The notes under the pieces were generated by a model. The model was not told the DNA's origin and did not search any database. It saw only the letters and a program-made list of their open reading frames with translations. Shown here piece by piece: positions 22,424 to 32,453 of a stretch of DNA of 64,000 bases. The position numbers and the translations under genes are program-made. How positions within the stretch are numbered: position 1 is the first letter of the stretch; every line of letters starts with the position of its first letter. Source of the stretch: Cyanophora paradoxa CCMP329 (taxonomy: Eukaryota > Plantae > Glaucophyta); assembly GCA_004431415.1 (NCBI GenBank), contig QPMI01000520.1, forward strand, positions 62,001 to 126,000. The letters run 5' to 3'.

Positions 22424-23196
22424 GCAAAAAATGAAAGTCCCGTGAGCTACACAAATTGATTTAAGGAAGTTGCGATATAGAGGTGTAAGAAAGAAAATTA
22501 TTTTCTGTGTCTAATATAAAAGCAAACATGGCTTATCTGTTCAATGGTCGAATTATCTTCTCTGTTCGTGTTGGTGATCTTCCTTTTTCCATCGGTGAAA
22601 TGCTGGAAATTATAAATGCTATCCATCACAATGGAAGATTAATAGGAAATTCACCCACTTATTCTGATATGCGGGGTGTCGGTTATTTCATGGATAAACC
22701 TCATCAAATAGTCGTTAGACATGTCGATGATCGGTTTTACATTGCGAAAGCCATCGAGCCTATGGGAAATATTAAATTCCTTGTTAGACAACTCCGTTAT
22801 GAGGAAACAGAGGATGCTTATGTAGAAATTCTCGATTTCTGGCAACATGTCCGATGCACTCAATATAAGGTATCTGATGTCATGGATGTAATTGTAAGAG
22901 ATTACGGTAATCAGATGCAACCACGTTATTATTTTAAAGTAAATCGTGATCTCTCGGTTTATCATCGCAAGTTTGAAGGGCATAACTTAAAGTTAACTAC
23001 TCGTGCATCGGTTCGTAAATTCTTAAAAGCCAATGGTGCCGCATGGAGTCGTGGACATCGCATGTGGTATATTGAAGAAAAGGACAAAGTGGGTATTGTG
23101 GGTGATATATTCAGTTTGATCGATCGCAATTAATCAGGCAAAAATTGAAAGCCCCGTGGGCAACACAAAATGATTTAAGGAAGTTGCGATATATAG
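22424..23196 (+). promoter_or_regulatory. Duplicated ~59-bp putative early promoter (22424-22482 and 23138-23196) with AAAATTGA-type motif
   Basis: Identical 23-bp core TGATTTAAGGAAGTTGCGATATA at 22457 and 23171, each about 70 bp upstream of an ATG; exact AAAATTGA at 23141. Confidence 0.65.
22528..23133 (+). CDS. Viral hypothetical protein with C-terminal DUF5710-like motif
   Basis: Long ORF in AT-rich DNA; KFLKANGAAWSRGHRMWYI resembles the K..GA.W....K.WY motif. Confidence 0.6.
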   Translation: MAYLFNGRIIFSVRVGDLPFSIGEMLEIINAIHHNGRLIGNSPTYSDMRGVGYFMDKPHQIVVRHVDDRFYIAKAIEPMGNIKFLVRQLRYEETEDAYVEILDFWQHVRCTQYKVSDVMDVIVRDYGNQMQPRYYFKVNRDLSVYHRKFEGHNLKLTTRASVRKFLKANGAAWSRGHRMWYIEEKDKVGIVGDIFSLIDRN

Positions 23197-23238
23197 GGGT
23201 AATAAAGAAAGAGAAAAATTTTTCCGTGACGTATTACA

Positions 23239-23517
23239 ATGACGCGCGCTGAAATGTTTAAGGAGATCTCCGATATCATGGAAGCCGCCGAATACTTCTA
23301 TAAAGAAAACGACACCCTTTACCCTTCTCTGTCTCAAATTGTAGCGATCGGTTTCTTAGCTGATAGACCCGACCGACTGTATGCAAAGAGTGATGAAAAC
23401 CACTTTTTCCACTATCAAAAGCAAACTTTAAAAAGAGGAAAGGTGGAATACAACGTTAAAGCACTGTTTAACTTTGGCGGTGAGTTCATCCCTCTTATTG
23501 AATTCAAAAACCATTAA
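23239..23517 (+). CDS. Viral hypothetical protein (92 aa)
   Basis: ATG ORF behind the second copy of the duplicated promoter. Confidence 0.6.
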   Translation: MTRAEMFKEISDIMEAAEYFYKENDTLYPSLSQIVAIGFLADRPDRLYAKSDENHFFHYQKQTLKRGKVEYNVKALFNFGGEFIPLIEFKNH

Positions 23518-24425
23518 TCAATACCTAACGCTAAAAACTCCAACTCAAACGAATTATCGATACCGTTCATATCAACAAGATCACCGTAATAATCGCGAAA
23601 CTCTACCGTTAACTCATTAATCACTAAATTACGATCGTTTATTTTTATGTATTCGCCATGCTCTCCGCTATGGTAGATATACTTCCCGATGTCCTGACTT
23701 AATTGTAAACGCAAAATTGCGCCTTGGTTCTGTGGTTGCGATCGTGGGACTATATTATGGTTTGCCGCAAATGTGGCAATTTCTTTAATGTGCATATAAA
23801 TGTATTGTTCAGCGTTCATATCTGCCATCTTGTCACTTAATGCTCTAAACTGTAACTCTGTTACATCCATATTATCTGCCTCGAAGGTAATGCCCCACTG
23901 TGGGTGATCCGGCGTAATTGGTATTCCTGCATAAACAAGATGGTTTTCCGGTGCATACATCGACCTTTGTAACAAGTGAGTTTTAACAGTGCTGCCTAAC
24001 CATTCTATTGAACTTAAACCAAATAGTTTAGCTATCCTGGCGTTAGAGGCAATCACCTCAAAGAGATAATTACTATAAAACTCCAATTTGTAGGTGGTCG
24101 GGTTGTAGTATATTTTGAACTTATAACCATCACCGAGATTGAAATTCAAACCATAATTATATGGGTGAGTAACACTAAAATGCCCTTGATTAATGTAGCC
24201 ACTCGGTAGTGGGTTAATCTGTTTTACAACGTCACCATTAGCGGTGTCATATCTTACAAGTAAAAAATCGGTTCCTATTGAATTATATATACTGTTCGGA
24301 ATCTCAGCATACAAAACGCGACATTGCCGCGGTTTGGTTATTGGTCTTGTGAGTGCAACCCTATAAGAGTTTTCTTTTTGTCCTTGTTGTCGATCTCTAC
24401 TATCGACATTGATAAGACGAATCAT
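23514..24425 (-). CDS. Minor capsid (penton)-like single jelly-roll protein 1
   Basis: N-terminal INVDSRDR...YRVAL..PI.....VLYAEIPNSIYN and C-terminal LTVEFRDYYGDLVDMNGIDNSFELEF, typical of PLV/NCLDV pentons. Confidence 0.75.
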   Translation of the reverse strand: MIRLINVDSRDRQQGQKENSYRVALTRPITKPRQCRVLYAEIPNSIYNSIGTDFLLVRYDTANGDVVKQINPLPSGYINQGHFSVTHPYNYGLNFNLGDGYKFKIYYNPTTYKLEFYSNYLFEVIASNARIAKLFGLSSIEWLGSTVKTHLLQRSMYAPENHLVYAGIPITPDHPQWGITFEADNMDVTELQFRALSDKMADMNAEQYIYMHIKEIATFAANHNIVPRSQPQNQGAILRLQLSQDIGKYIYHSGEHGEYIKINDRNLVINELTVEFRDYYGDLVDMNGIDNSFELEFLALGID

Positions 24426-24454
24426 TTTATTATATGAATATAGATTAAAGAAAC

Positions 24455-25465
24455 ATGCCGGTCGAATATGTCGAAGTTTCATCATTTAGACAGGCTCCTA
24501 ATCTCGATGCGCCGACGTCTAAGTTTATCGCTGAATTACCAAAGATGTATGAGAATGTAAGAGCTGTCCGACTTGTTTCGGCGGAATTCTATAACTCCAT
24601 TCCTCTTATCAGCGGTGAAAGTGTCCCCGGAGATGTCACAGTTAATGATTCTTTCACCATTAATTTTAGTATCGCTAATTCAGCGATCAACTCTACCAAT
24701 GCTCCCGCTCCCGGTTTTGATGTTTGGCGCTCGATTCGTCCCGGTCAAGGTGGCGGAAGCTTAGTAATTAATACGCATCAGGAATTAGTAAACCGTATTA
24801 ATACTCGGTTTGCTGGTTTAACACCTGATCCTCAAATAAGGTGTAAATGGGATACCGTAGATAAACGCGTAATATTCTATGCTCCACATGAATTTTACAT
24901 AGCATTCACAACTGCTAAGGATCCTTCTAGTTCGATGGCTGAAAAATCAAACCGACACGGTCGTATGCTTGGTCTCGATGCCGGAAGAGCCGGTAACCGA
25001 TTTATCAAATCTAACATTTACTCAACTGAATATGATCCTATCTTTACAGGTGCTAATGTTCATGGTATCATCTCTACATTCCCTACTGAGAGTTGCAAAG
25101 ATAATGTATTATTCGTAAGAGTAAAAGAACTGGGTGACCTCGTTCAATGTGCCGATGGTCTCCTATCTGGATACTTCCATAAACTCGTGGTGCAAGATAA
25201 AGACTTTGCGGAACACGTTGTTTATAACTCAACAGAAGCAAACCCATTATATAAGTATTACGGGAAACCATTCGCAATCTCTCAAATGTCCGTAGAAATT
25301 GTGAATGCTCAAAACGAATTAATCGATTTCGAAGGGCAACCTGTCCATTTAACTTTCGAGATCCGATATGGTGAAGAACCCGCCGGTGATCCTATTTATG
25401 AGTATTTCAAAATGAGAATGAGAGAAACCCACCCAAATTATCCGGTGATTTGCAATTTTGGATAA
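24455..25465 (+). CDS. Minor capsid (penton)-like single jelly-roll protein 2
   Basis: VEVSSFR...FIAELPKMYENVRAVRLVSAEFYNS and C-terminal MSVEIVNAQNELIDFEGQPVHLTFEI; lies directly upstream of the MCP. Confidence 0.75.
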   Translation: MPVEYVEVSSFRQAPNLDAPTSKFIAELPKMYENVRAVRLVSAEFYNSIPLISGESVPGDVTVNDSFTINFSIANSAINSTNAPAPGFDVWRSIRPGQGGGSLVINTHQELVNRINTRFAGLTPDPQIRCKWDTVDKRVIFYAPHEFYIAFTTAKDPSSSMAEKSNRHGRMLGLDAGRAGNRFIKSNIYSTEYDPIFTGANVHGIISTFPTESCKDNVLFVRVKELGDLVQCADGLLSGYFHKLVVQDKDFAEHVVYNSTEANPLYKYYGKPFAISQMSVEIVNAQNELIDFEGQPVHLTFEIRYGEEPAGDPIYEYFKMRMRETHPNYPVICNFG

Positions 25466-25516
25466 TTAAGGATCATTCACAGAATTTTTATATTTTATTA
25501 TTGTAAAAGAGAAAAC

Positions 25517-26917
25517 ATGGACGTCACAACAACCCTCCAACGTCTTTCCCTCAAAGAGGCGCTAACCACCCCCGAAGAGGCGAAGGCGTTCTTCCTCGAT
25601 AACTCGCTTATGCTTGGTCTGGAATCGAAGACGAAACCCGTTCTCGTTACTGTTAGCCCATCGACAACCTTCCCTAACAACGCTGCGCAACGCGTAAGTT
25701 TCAAACTTCCACGTTACAACTTTATCGGTAAGCTGGAACTCGCTTTCGATCTTAGCGAAATAGTGGGTTTCATCGGTGATACCGATTTGGTTCGTAATGG
25801 TTATGTCCGCCCCGTCGGCGCTCTCGTAGAGCGTCTCGAAATCTCGTATGGCTCTTACCTTTTCACTGTGCCTTCTGATTTCCTTGCTCATTTCCCGCTG
25901 GTTTACTATTCGGAGGATCAGCTAGCGAAAAAGAAACGTTCGGCTGGTTTCCTGCACGGCATCCCACAACACGGAACTAACCGACTTGGTGGATCATTCT
26001 TTGTGGAAATCCCGGTGCCGTGGTTAAATAGTTACCTACCCCTTGGCGCGCTCTCAGGGGAAATGGTAGTTACCGCATGGTTCCGTGACCCCGCTAAGGG
26101 TGGATTCATTGAGACTTCTTATGGTGGTCGCGCTCTTCCGGTTGTAGGTGGAACCGCTGCCGATCAAACCGCTAATGACGGTCTCGGAAACGCTGCAAAT
26201 GTAACCCTTGCTAATGTCGGTCAAAACATCACAACTGGAACCATTACCGGTCTGTCCATTCCATCATCTGCACCTGTGGATACTATTATGATCACCAACC
26301 CACGCCTTTACATGCATGCCGTCAATGTTTCCGATGAGCTGTTTGCTACGGTCATTGAAAAGGTTAAGACTACTGGTATTGCGATTCCTGCTATCGACAT
26401 CGGCTACGTCGATGCTTTCGATGTTGCCGCCAACGGCAACAACCAACCCAACCGTATTAACATTAGCCAAATGTCGGGGCTTGCTTTCGCTCTTCTATTC
26501 TCGGTTCGTGACTACCTTAAAACCGGTCAGGATAACAGCGGCTCCCACAGTGTCCTTAAAACATATGCGGACTCGAAGGATATCACATACACGGTGGAGA
26601 TTAACGGACAGCGTCTTTATTCCACGGAGCCTATCCCACTCCTCAAAGGTGCGGAACTCATCGCCGATGCATTCAAGTGTTCTAACATGGACAAGGAAGC
26701 TAACCGCTATGTCCTGTCCGGTCTTCCGTTCTGTCTGGACGGAGAGAAGGCGATTCGTAACATCGCCCAAAGTGGTTATGTCGATCTAACTAACTCCTCA
26801 TCAAGTTTCCTAACCCTCTACGTCCCACAAAACATGCGCCTTACTGTTAACGTGCGCGCTCTCATGCACACGATGCTCATAGCGGACCGCGACGGTCTCC
26901 GGCGAGTCAATCTCTAA
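25517..26917 (+). CDS. Double jelly-roll major capsid protein
   Basis: 466 aa, beta-rich; VSFKLPR...IGKLELAFDL, LVERLEISYG and FFVEIPVPW..YLPLGALS.EMVVTAWFR patterns; located between penton and packaging ATPase. Confidence 0.8.
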   Translation: MDVTTTLQRLSLKEALTTPEEAKAFFLDNSLMLGLESKTKPVLVTVSPSTTFPNNAAQRVSFKLPRYNFIGKLELAFDLSEIVGFIGDTDLVRNGYVRPVGALVERLEISYGSYLFTVPSDFLAHFPLVYYSEDQLAKKKRSAGFLHGIPQHGTNRLGGSFFVEIPVPWLNSYLPLGALSGEMVVTAWFRDPAKGGFIETSYGGRALPVVGGTAADQTANDGLGNAANVTLANVGQNITTGTITGLSIPSSAPVDTIMITNPRLYMHAVNVSDELFATVIEKVKTTGIAIPAIDIGYVDAFDVAANGNNQPNRINISQMSGLAFALLFSVRDYLKTGQDNSGSHSVLKTYADSKDITYTVEINGQRLYSTEPIPLLKGAELIADAFKCSNMDKEANRYVLSGLPFCLDGEKAIRNIAQSGYVDLTNSSSSFLTLYVPQNMRLTVNVRALMHTMLIADRDGLRRVNL

Positions 26918-27001
26918 TAAGCACTGTATGTGTGTTTGTTACCATTATTTAGTCATATTTCGTTATTTTTATCTATCTTTATTAAGAAGATCTACAACAC
27001 C

Positions 27002-27784
27002 ATGGCGGATTTAGAAGAGTTTAATGCCGCTGAAATGATTGAACCACCGTTTCGATTATTGATACTCGGAAAATCCGGCTGCGGAAAAAGTGAGGCGGTA
27101 AAATATTATTTGAAACAACTACACGATGCGAAAAAGATAGATACAACGCTAATTATTTCTGCTACTAGTTTCACGCATTACTGGGATTCGGCGGCTACCG
27201 TTCAATTGGGCGCCTGGGATTCACAATACATCCATAAGATTATTAAAGATCGTGAAGAGAAGAGGGAAAGAGGAGAAAAACTTAACCATATGCTGATTAT
27301 TTTAGAAGACATGATAGAAAACGACCAATTAGACTTAACACGAGACAAAACAGTGGGGATGCTGTTTATTAGGTCAAGACATGTGAACTGCTCCCTGATT
27401 TGCATATCGCAAAAACTGCGCAAGGTTGCAAGTGTGATTCGCTGTAATTGCGATATCGTTATTATGGTTTGTGCAAGTAATCAGAAAGAATTAGAAGCTT
27501 TCGCCGAAGAGTATTCTACGTTTCCCCGTAAAGAAGACTTCTATAAGATGTTCGAAGAATACGTGCATTCTTACCAATTCATCGTTTATACATCATTCAA
27601 ATATAACGTAGGATATTATGTAGATAAAGCCGAATTGGTCGGTGAATTTGACTTTCCGCGGTTCCATCGCAAACCTAAAAAGAAAGAAGACGAATTAAAA
27701 CCACCTGAGCAAGAGGAAGCGCCAAAAGAGATTAAAAGCGCTGTTCATTCGAATAAATTGATGCGATATAAGAGAGGACTTTAA
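27002..27784 (+). CDS. A32-like (FtsK/HerA) genome packaging ATPase
   Basis: Walker A GKSGCGKS, Walker B LIILEDM, SRHVNCSLICISQK and IRCN motifs. Confidence 0.93.
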   Translation: MADLEEFNAAEMIEPPFRLLILGKSGCGKSEAVKYYLKQLHDAKKIDTTLIISATSFTHYWDSAATVQLGAWDSQYIHKIIKDREEKRERGEKLNHMLIILEDMIENDQLDLTRDKTVGMLFIRSRHVNCSLICISQKLRKVASVIRCNCDIVIMVCASNQKELEAFAEEYSTFPRKEDFYKMFEEYVHSYQFIVYTSFKYNVGYYVDKAELVGEFDFPRFHRKPKKKEDELKPPEQEEAPKEIKSAVHSNKLMRYKRGL

Positions 27785-27812
27785 AAATATCTTCCATATA
27801 ATTAAAGATACA

Positions 27813-28544
27813 ATGCCGCCAAAAAGTAAAGTAGGTGTCCCCGCTGGGGCTATTTCATATTCCGGTGGTGAAAGTTACGGATCTCTCAATACTACACCTA
27901 TGAAATTCGACGGAGTCAATCAAGTGAAACCATCGCAACCCGAAGAAGATCCTTTAAATGCTGCTTATGAAGAATCGCCGGCGGACAAAGCACCGCAAGC
28001 ATCAACAAGTGAAACACTCAATGTATCACCGGATGCATCGAAGATGAAGGCGGTCGGTGAGGGTGCGCGTCGTATTATCGGTGCCGCCGATGATCGCGGT
28101 CTTGGTCTACAAGATCTTGCACTTGCCCGCAAAGGTCAAGGTGTTTCGAAAGAATCGGACAAGGTTATACAATCGATGGCGGGAGAAGTAACTTATAAAG
28201 TTGCTCCAACTCAAAACGTCCACCGAATGCCGAAGGCTGAATGGGACACAATGACCGCTAAACTACGCGATCTCGAAGCTAAGTCAAGCGCTCTTGAACA
28301 GTATGTAATGGAAAAGAAAGAACGCGCTAAAATGAAGGAGATGTTACGTAAAGAGGTTTTCCGAATGGGAATTACGGGACTTCCTGATACTCAATTTATT
28401 CGGAAGAAAGAGACACAAATAGATGAGCAAGCGGTGGATGAAATGAATACCAAAAAGAAGGGAACCATAGAACCTGGCGCTACCAAAGCGGAAGTAGAGA
28501 AAGCCGTAGCACCAACAGTTTACAAGCGGAGAGTTTGGCTTTAA
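27813..28544 (+). CDS. Viral hypothetical protein (charged, coiled-coil; possible core protein)
   Basis: 243-aa ATG ORF co-oriented with the morphogenesis genes. Confidence 0.65.
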   Translation: MPPKSKVGVPAGAISYSGGESYGSLNTTPMKFDGVNQVKPSQPEEDPLNAAYEESPADKAPQASTSETLNVSPDASKMKAVGEGARRIIGAADDRGLGLQDLALARKGQGVSKESDKVIQSMAGEVTYKVAPTQNVHRMPKAEWDTMTAKLRDLEAKSSALEQYVMEKKERAKMKEMLRKEVFRMGITGLPDTQFIRKKETQIDEQAVDEMNTKKKGTIEPGATKAEVEKAVAPTVYKRRVWL

Positions 28545-28571
28545 ATATATCTGATTAATAAAGGATTCTCG

Positions 28572-28820
28572 ATGGACTTTCTCCAAAAGATCATAGAGAT
28601 GTTTAACCTGCACATTGTAAGCAATTGTCACAGCGGGTGCTGTGACACAACCGTAGAACTTGGTTTTTCAGATACCGAAGATAATGTAACGGAAGGTAGA
28701 GAGTCCCGGAGACATTCGGTAGACTCCACACATTCAGAACCCGCTACAAATGGTCGCCGGTTTTCTGTCGATCAAAGCGATGATTTACGAAGGCAAGCGT
28801 TTGATCATCGCGGTAATTAA
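28572..28820 (+). CDS. Small viral protein with amphipathic N-terminus and Cys cluster
   Basis: MDFLQKIIEMFNLHIVSNCHSGCCD; tightly packed ATG ORF. Confidence 0.55.
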   Translation: MDFLQKIIEMFNLHIVSNCHSGCCDTTVELGFSDTEDNVTEGRESRRHSVDSTHSEPATNGRRFSVDQSDDLRRQAFDHRGN

Positions 28821-29022
28821 AATATTTGTAATAAGTATCGGAAAATGCTCGAAGAAGTCTATAATATTATTTTAGCGAAACGTCAGATTTACGCCGTTGC
28901 ATCTGCGATAGAAAAACGTAGACAAGAGCTTGTCCGGTCGCCAAAAAATGACAACCCTAAAAGTATTTAAAGAAACAGCGATATTACAAACTGATAAAAT
29001 ATTTTCTGTGCTGAAAGTAAGA

Positions 29023-29298
29023 ATGGCTGCTATCGCCGATGATGTTAGTGTAATTGAATTCGAATTTGAAAGTGACAGCGATGAAATTGTTAACTCACCA
29101 CCAAAGGTTAAACTTAATCCTAAGAGTGCGGATGGGTTAAATTATCGGATCCGTGAAGTGCTGAAAATGCGAAAGAGGTATGAGGAAGACCCCGAATACC
29201 GCGAATTCAAAAAAAAGCAAGCTTTGGAGAACTATTACCGTCGGAAAGAATTGGAAGGTATCCATAGTGCAAAGCGTGGACGTCCTCGCAAATACTGA
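29023..29298 (+). CDS. Small basic DNA-binding protein with C-terminal AT-hook
   Basis: YEEDPEYREFKKKQALENYYRRK helix and KRGRPRK. Confidence 0.65.
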   Translation: MAAIADDVSVIEFEFESDSDEIVNSPPKVKLNPKSADGLNYRIREVLKMRKRYEEDPEYREFKKKQALENYYRRKELEGIHSAKRGRPRKY

Positions 29299-29487
29299 AA
29301 TGCCGCTATTGCCGCTGAAACATCATTACTTATTTTTCGGGCGGCTTACCGATGACAATCGGTAATCGCGTTACAGAATCCGGTTTTTTAGCATCGAGAA
29401 AAAAAGTGTAGGGCATTTAAAGACAAGGCGCCAAAAAATGATCAACAAGAAAAATTTTTATCTTTCGTTAAAGTAGAACGCGCAACG

Positions 29488-31827
29488 ATGGACAGCAAAA
29501 GTAAAACGATGCTTACCAAACTCACCAATTGGCTCCGCTCTAACGATGAGCTGGCGAAAAACCTTCTCATTCCCGTCGATCCTGTCGAAAAGCTTCCCGC
29601 TTTCGGTCATAAGGACGATAAATGGAATTGGAAGAGATACAAAGAAGCGGTGAAGTCAAACAAGTATGTAGCGTGGGGTATCCTCGCTAAAAACATCCTC
29701 TGTGTTGATTTCGATCAGGAAGAAGACTTTAACAAGTTCAAAGAACTCTTTCCTGATGATTTCACTGCTGCTATTCCAATTGAAAAGACTAAGAAGGGTT
29801 ACCATGTGTTCTTTGCACGCCCTCCTAAGTTCGATGAGCTGAAACTATTCGACAAAACCGGAGCTTTCAAAGGCTACGAGAAGATCGATTTTAAAACGAT
29901 TTGCTCTACTGGAACCGCTGGTGTTATCAATGTTTGCCCCTCTCCCGGTAAAACATGGATTCGTGAGCCATGGGCTACGGGATGTGAGCTTATCGAGCCA
30001 TCGGAGGCTTTCCAAAATTGGATGATCGAAAACTATAAACACAATGTTGTTATTAACATCGACAAAGCAAAGATTACAGGCAATGAATTCTTAACCACTC
30101 TCAATGAAAAACTTATTGAAATTGGCTTTGATTTCCCTTCTATCATCAGTCAAACCGAAAATGGCTATAACTTTACTGCTCAGAACAAAGGCGGAATATG
30201 CCCCTGTTGCAATAATTCACATGATAAGAACAATTGGTATGTGATGAAAGCACAGGGAAACGATAAGGACAAATTCGTGGTTTCTAATTACAGTTCCCGA
30301 TGCAAAAAAGTATTTATTAACATCGTAACCAAAACAGAACAATATATTAAGCTTTCCACTCTTATTGATCTGGCGATTGGATCTAATGGCGCTCATTACG
30401 ATGTCGCAAAAGTAGCTTATGAAGTCCTGAAAGATGATTACCGCTACTCAAATAAGACATGGTTCGAATTCGACACTAACTACGGTATTTGGGAGACTGA
30501 CGAAACCTCGAAGCGAATTTATCTCGCTATGAGCTGCAAGGTTTGCGCGGCATTCATGAACCGTTCCTATGAGCTTGGATTTAAAGCCATGAGAGACGAA
30601 GAAAACCGCGAATCCTTAGATGAAAAGAGTAAACTGGCTCTCAATATCGCAAAGAATCTTAAACAGACTGCTTACCGCACTTCCCTTATGACAGACTTAA
30701 CCGTTATGTTTAGTTGTCCTACCTTTTTCGAAAGATTGGACACAGTGCCTAACATTATCGGTTTCACGAATGGTGTTTTCGATCTTAACACTATGACCTT
30801 CCGTAAGGGAAAACCCGATGATATGGTTAGCAAGACCGTAGGCTACGAATTCATGGCTGCCGACCGTCAGAAAATCGCTAAGATTCAATCCATCTACGCT
30901 GATATTATCGAAGATCCCGATGAGCGTAACTATATTATCGGAGCGCTTGCTTTCGCTCTCACAGGTCGGACTGATATCCAAAAATTCAATTTCTGGTCTG
31001 GAAAAGGTGCTAATGGTAAATCGCTACTGCAAGAAATGGCTAAGAAAACATTCGGCGATTACTACGGCTCGATCAGCATGAGCTATTGGACAAAGCCTAA
31101 AAAGAATTCATCAGATGCTACGCCCGATCTTGCCGCAATTCTTGGGAAGCGAATCGTATTCAGTAACGAAGCGGAAGATGGCGATAAGTTGCAAATCAGT
31201 AAGATTAAGGAAATCACAGGTGGTAACGAAATGAAGGTTCGCGCTCTCTTTAAGGATCCCGTCGCCTTTATTCCGATGTGTCAAATCTTCCTATCCACCA
31301 ATGATAACCTTTCTCTCAGCAAGGCTGACGAAGCTATATTACGTCGGCTCATCTATTGCACATTCAAGAGTGTGTTTAAGCCGAATCCTAAGGAAGGTGA
31401 AAAGAAAGCCGATATTACCTTAATGCATCTTCTCAATGACGACGAGTATAAAATGGCTCAAATGTCTATATTCTTGGACATGTTTAGAACACAAGACCTT
31501 GCACATCTTATGCAAAATCCGCCCCAATCTATCATTGATTATGGTTCGGAATATTTCGCTGAAAATGATAAGATCGGTGAATGGATCAGAAATACCTATG
31601 AAAGAACAGGAAACCGCGACGACTTTGTTTCAAGTGATTCTATCATGAAGAAATATAGACAAGTGGATGATAAGGCGGAACCGACAAGCATCGGTAAACG
31701 GATGCGCGAGATATTTAATGTCAAGTCTGAGTCTAAGCGTGAAAGGGGCGCGGTTATTCGTGGATATTATGGAATCAAAGCCATAATTCACCATAACGAA
31801 TTTGTGGATGATGATGTAGAAGCGTAA
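29488..31827 (+). CDS. PrimPol-type primase fused to D5-like SF3 helicase
   Basis: LCVDFD and KTKKGYHVFF primase motifs, CPCC..H Zn site, D5_N-like IGFTNGVFDL, Walker A GKGANGKS, Walker B IVFSNE. Confidence 0.92.
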   Translation: MDSKSKTMLTKLTNWLRSNDELAKNLLIPVDPVEKLPAFGHKDDKWNWKRYKEAVKSNKYVAWGILAKNILCVDFDQEEDFNKFKELFPDDFTAAIPIEKTKKGYHVFFARPPKFDELKLFDKTGAFKGYEKIDFKTICSTGTAGVINVCPSPGKTWIREPWATGCELIEPSEAFQNWMIENYKHNVVINIDKAKITGNEFLTTLNEKLIEIGFDFPSIISQTENGYNFTAQNKGGICPCCNNSHDKNNWYVMKAQGNDKDKFVVSNYSSRCKKVFINIVTKTEQYIKLSTLIDLAIGSNGAHYDVAKVAYEVLKDDYRYSNKTWFEFDTNYGIWETDETSKRIYLAMSCKVCAAFMNRSYELGFKAMRDEENRESLDEKSKLALNIAKNLKQTAYRTSLMTDLTVMFSCPTFFERLDTVPNIIGFTNGVFDLNTMTFRKGKPDDMVSKTVGYEFMAADRQKIAKIQSIYADIIEDPDERNYIIGALAFALTGRTDIQKFNFWSGKGANGKSLLQEMAKKTFGDYYGSISMSYWTKPKKNSSDATPDLAAILGKRIVFSNEAEDGDKLQISKIKEITGGNEMKVRALFKDPVAFIPMCQIFLSTNDNLSLSKADEAILRRLIYCTFKSVFKPNPKEGEKKADITLMHLLNDDEYKMAQMSIFLDMFRTQDLAHLMQNPPQSIIDYGSEYFAENDKIGEWIRNTYERTGNRDDFVSSDSIMKKYRQVDDKAEPTSIGKRMREIFNVKSESKRERGAVIRGYYGIKAIIHHNEFVDDDVEA

Positions 31828-31898
31828 ATATAAATGAATTGAATGATTACTTTCTTACTTTTTTTTATAACCTTACTGTGTATGGTAAGAATTAACAA

Positions 31899-32055
31899 TG
31901 TAACAGGTGGAGTTTTTGGTTTTCAGTCTCGTGTAACAGGTGTAACAGGTCTATCCCAAACTTCCGAGCCGCCGACCCCCTCCTAGGGGAAAGTTTGGGG
32001 AGAACCTGTTACACCTGTTACACATACCATTCTCAGTGAGACCCCTTTAAAAAAG
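31899..32055. repeat. Internal copy of the TIR palindrome (core 31931-32023), candidate replication origin
   Basis: Diverged homologue of 48880-49035, placed just after the primase-helicase stop codon. Confidence 0.85.
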
Positions 32056-32171
32056 TGAATTCTCAGTGTGAATATCCTTATTAATATTATTTGTAGTGTT
32101 TTATTACTATAATCTGTAAAAATTGAACAAGATATTTAAGCATTTCTTTGTTTGACAATAGGAAGTTATCA

Positions 32172-32435
32172 ATGGCTACCCGTAAGTTTGCTTTCGAAAT
32201 GACCGATGAAGAATTAGACCAAAACATAAAACAAGAAATTACCATGGAAGCAACAGCGGAATATTTGAAAAGGATATTCGGTTATAATCCGTTATTGGAA
32301 ACAAAGAAACGCCGCACTCATGTTATCAAAGCGAATAACGTCCAACTTAACCTTATACTTCCTGAGGGCGTTAAAGTGCGGATTCGTGGAGTTACCGTTT
32401 ATGATCCTGAACGCGTTTCATTTCCGAAAAAATAA
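32172..32435 (+). CDS. Viral hypothetical protein (87 aa)
   Basis: ATG ORF preceded by AAAATTGA at 32119. Confidence 0.6.
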   Translation: MATRKFAFEMTDEELDQNIKQEITMEATAEYLKRIFGYNPLLETKKRRTHVIKANNVQLNLILPEGVKVRIRGVTVYDPERVSFPKK

Positions 32436-32453
32436 TGTTCCTATAAAGCAAAG

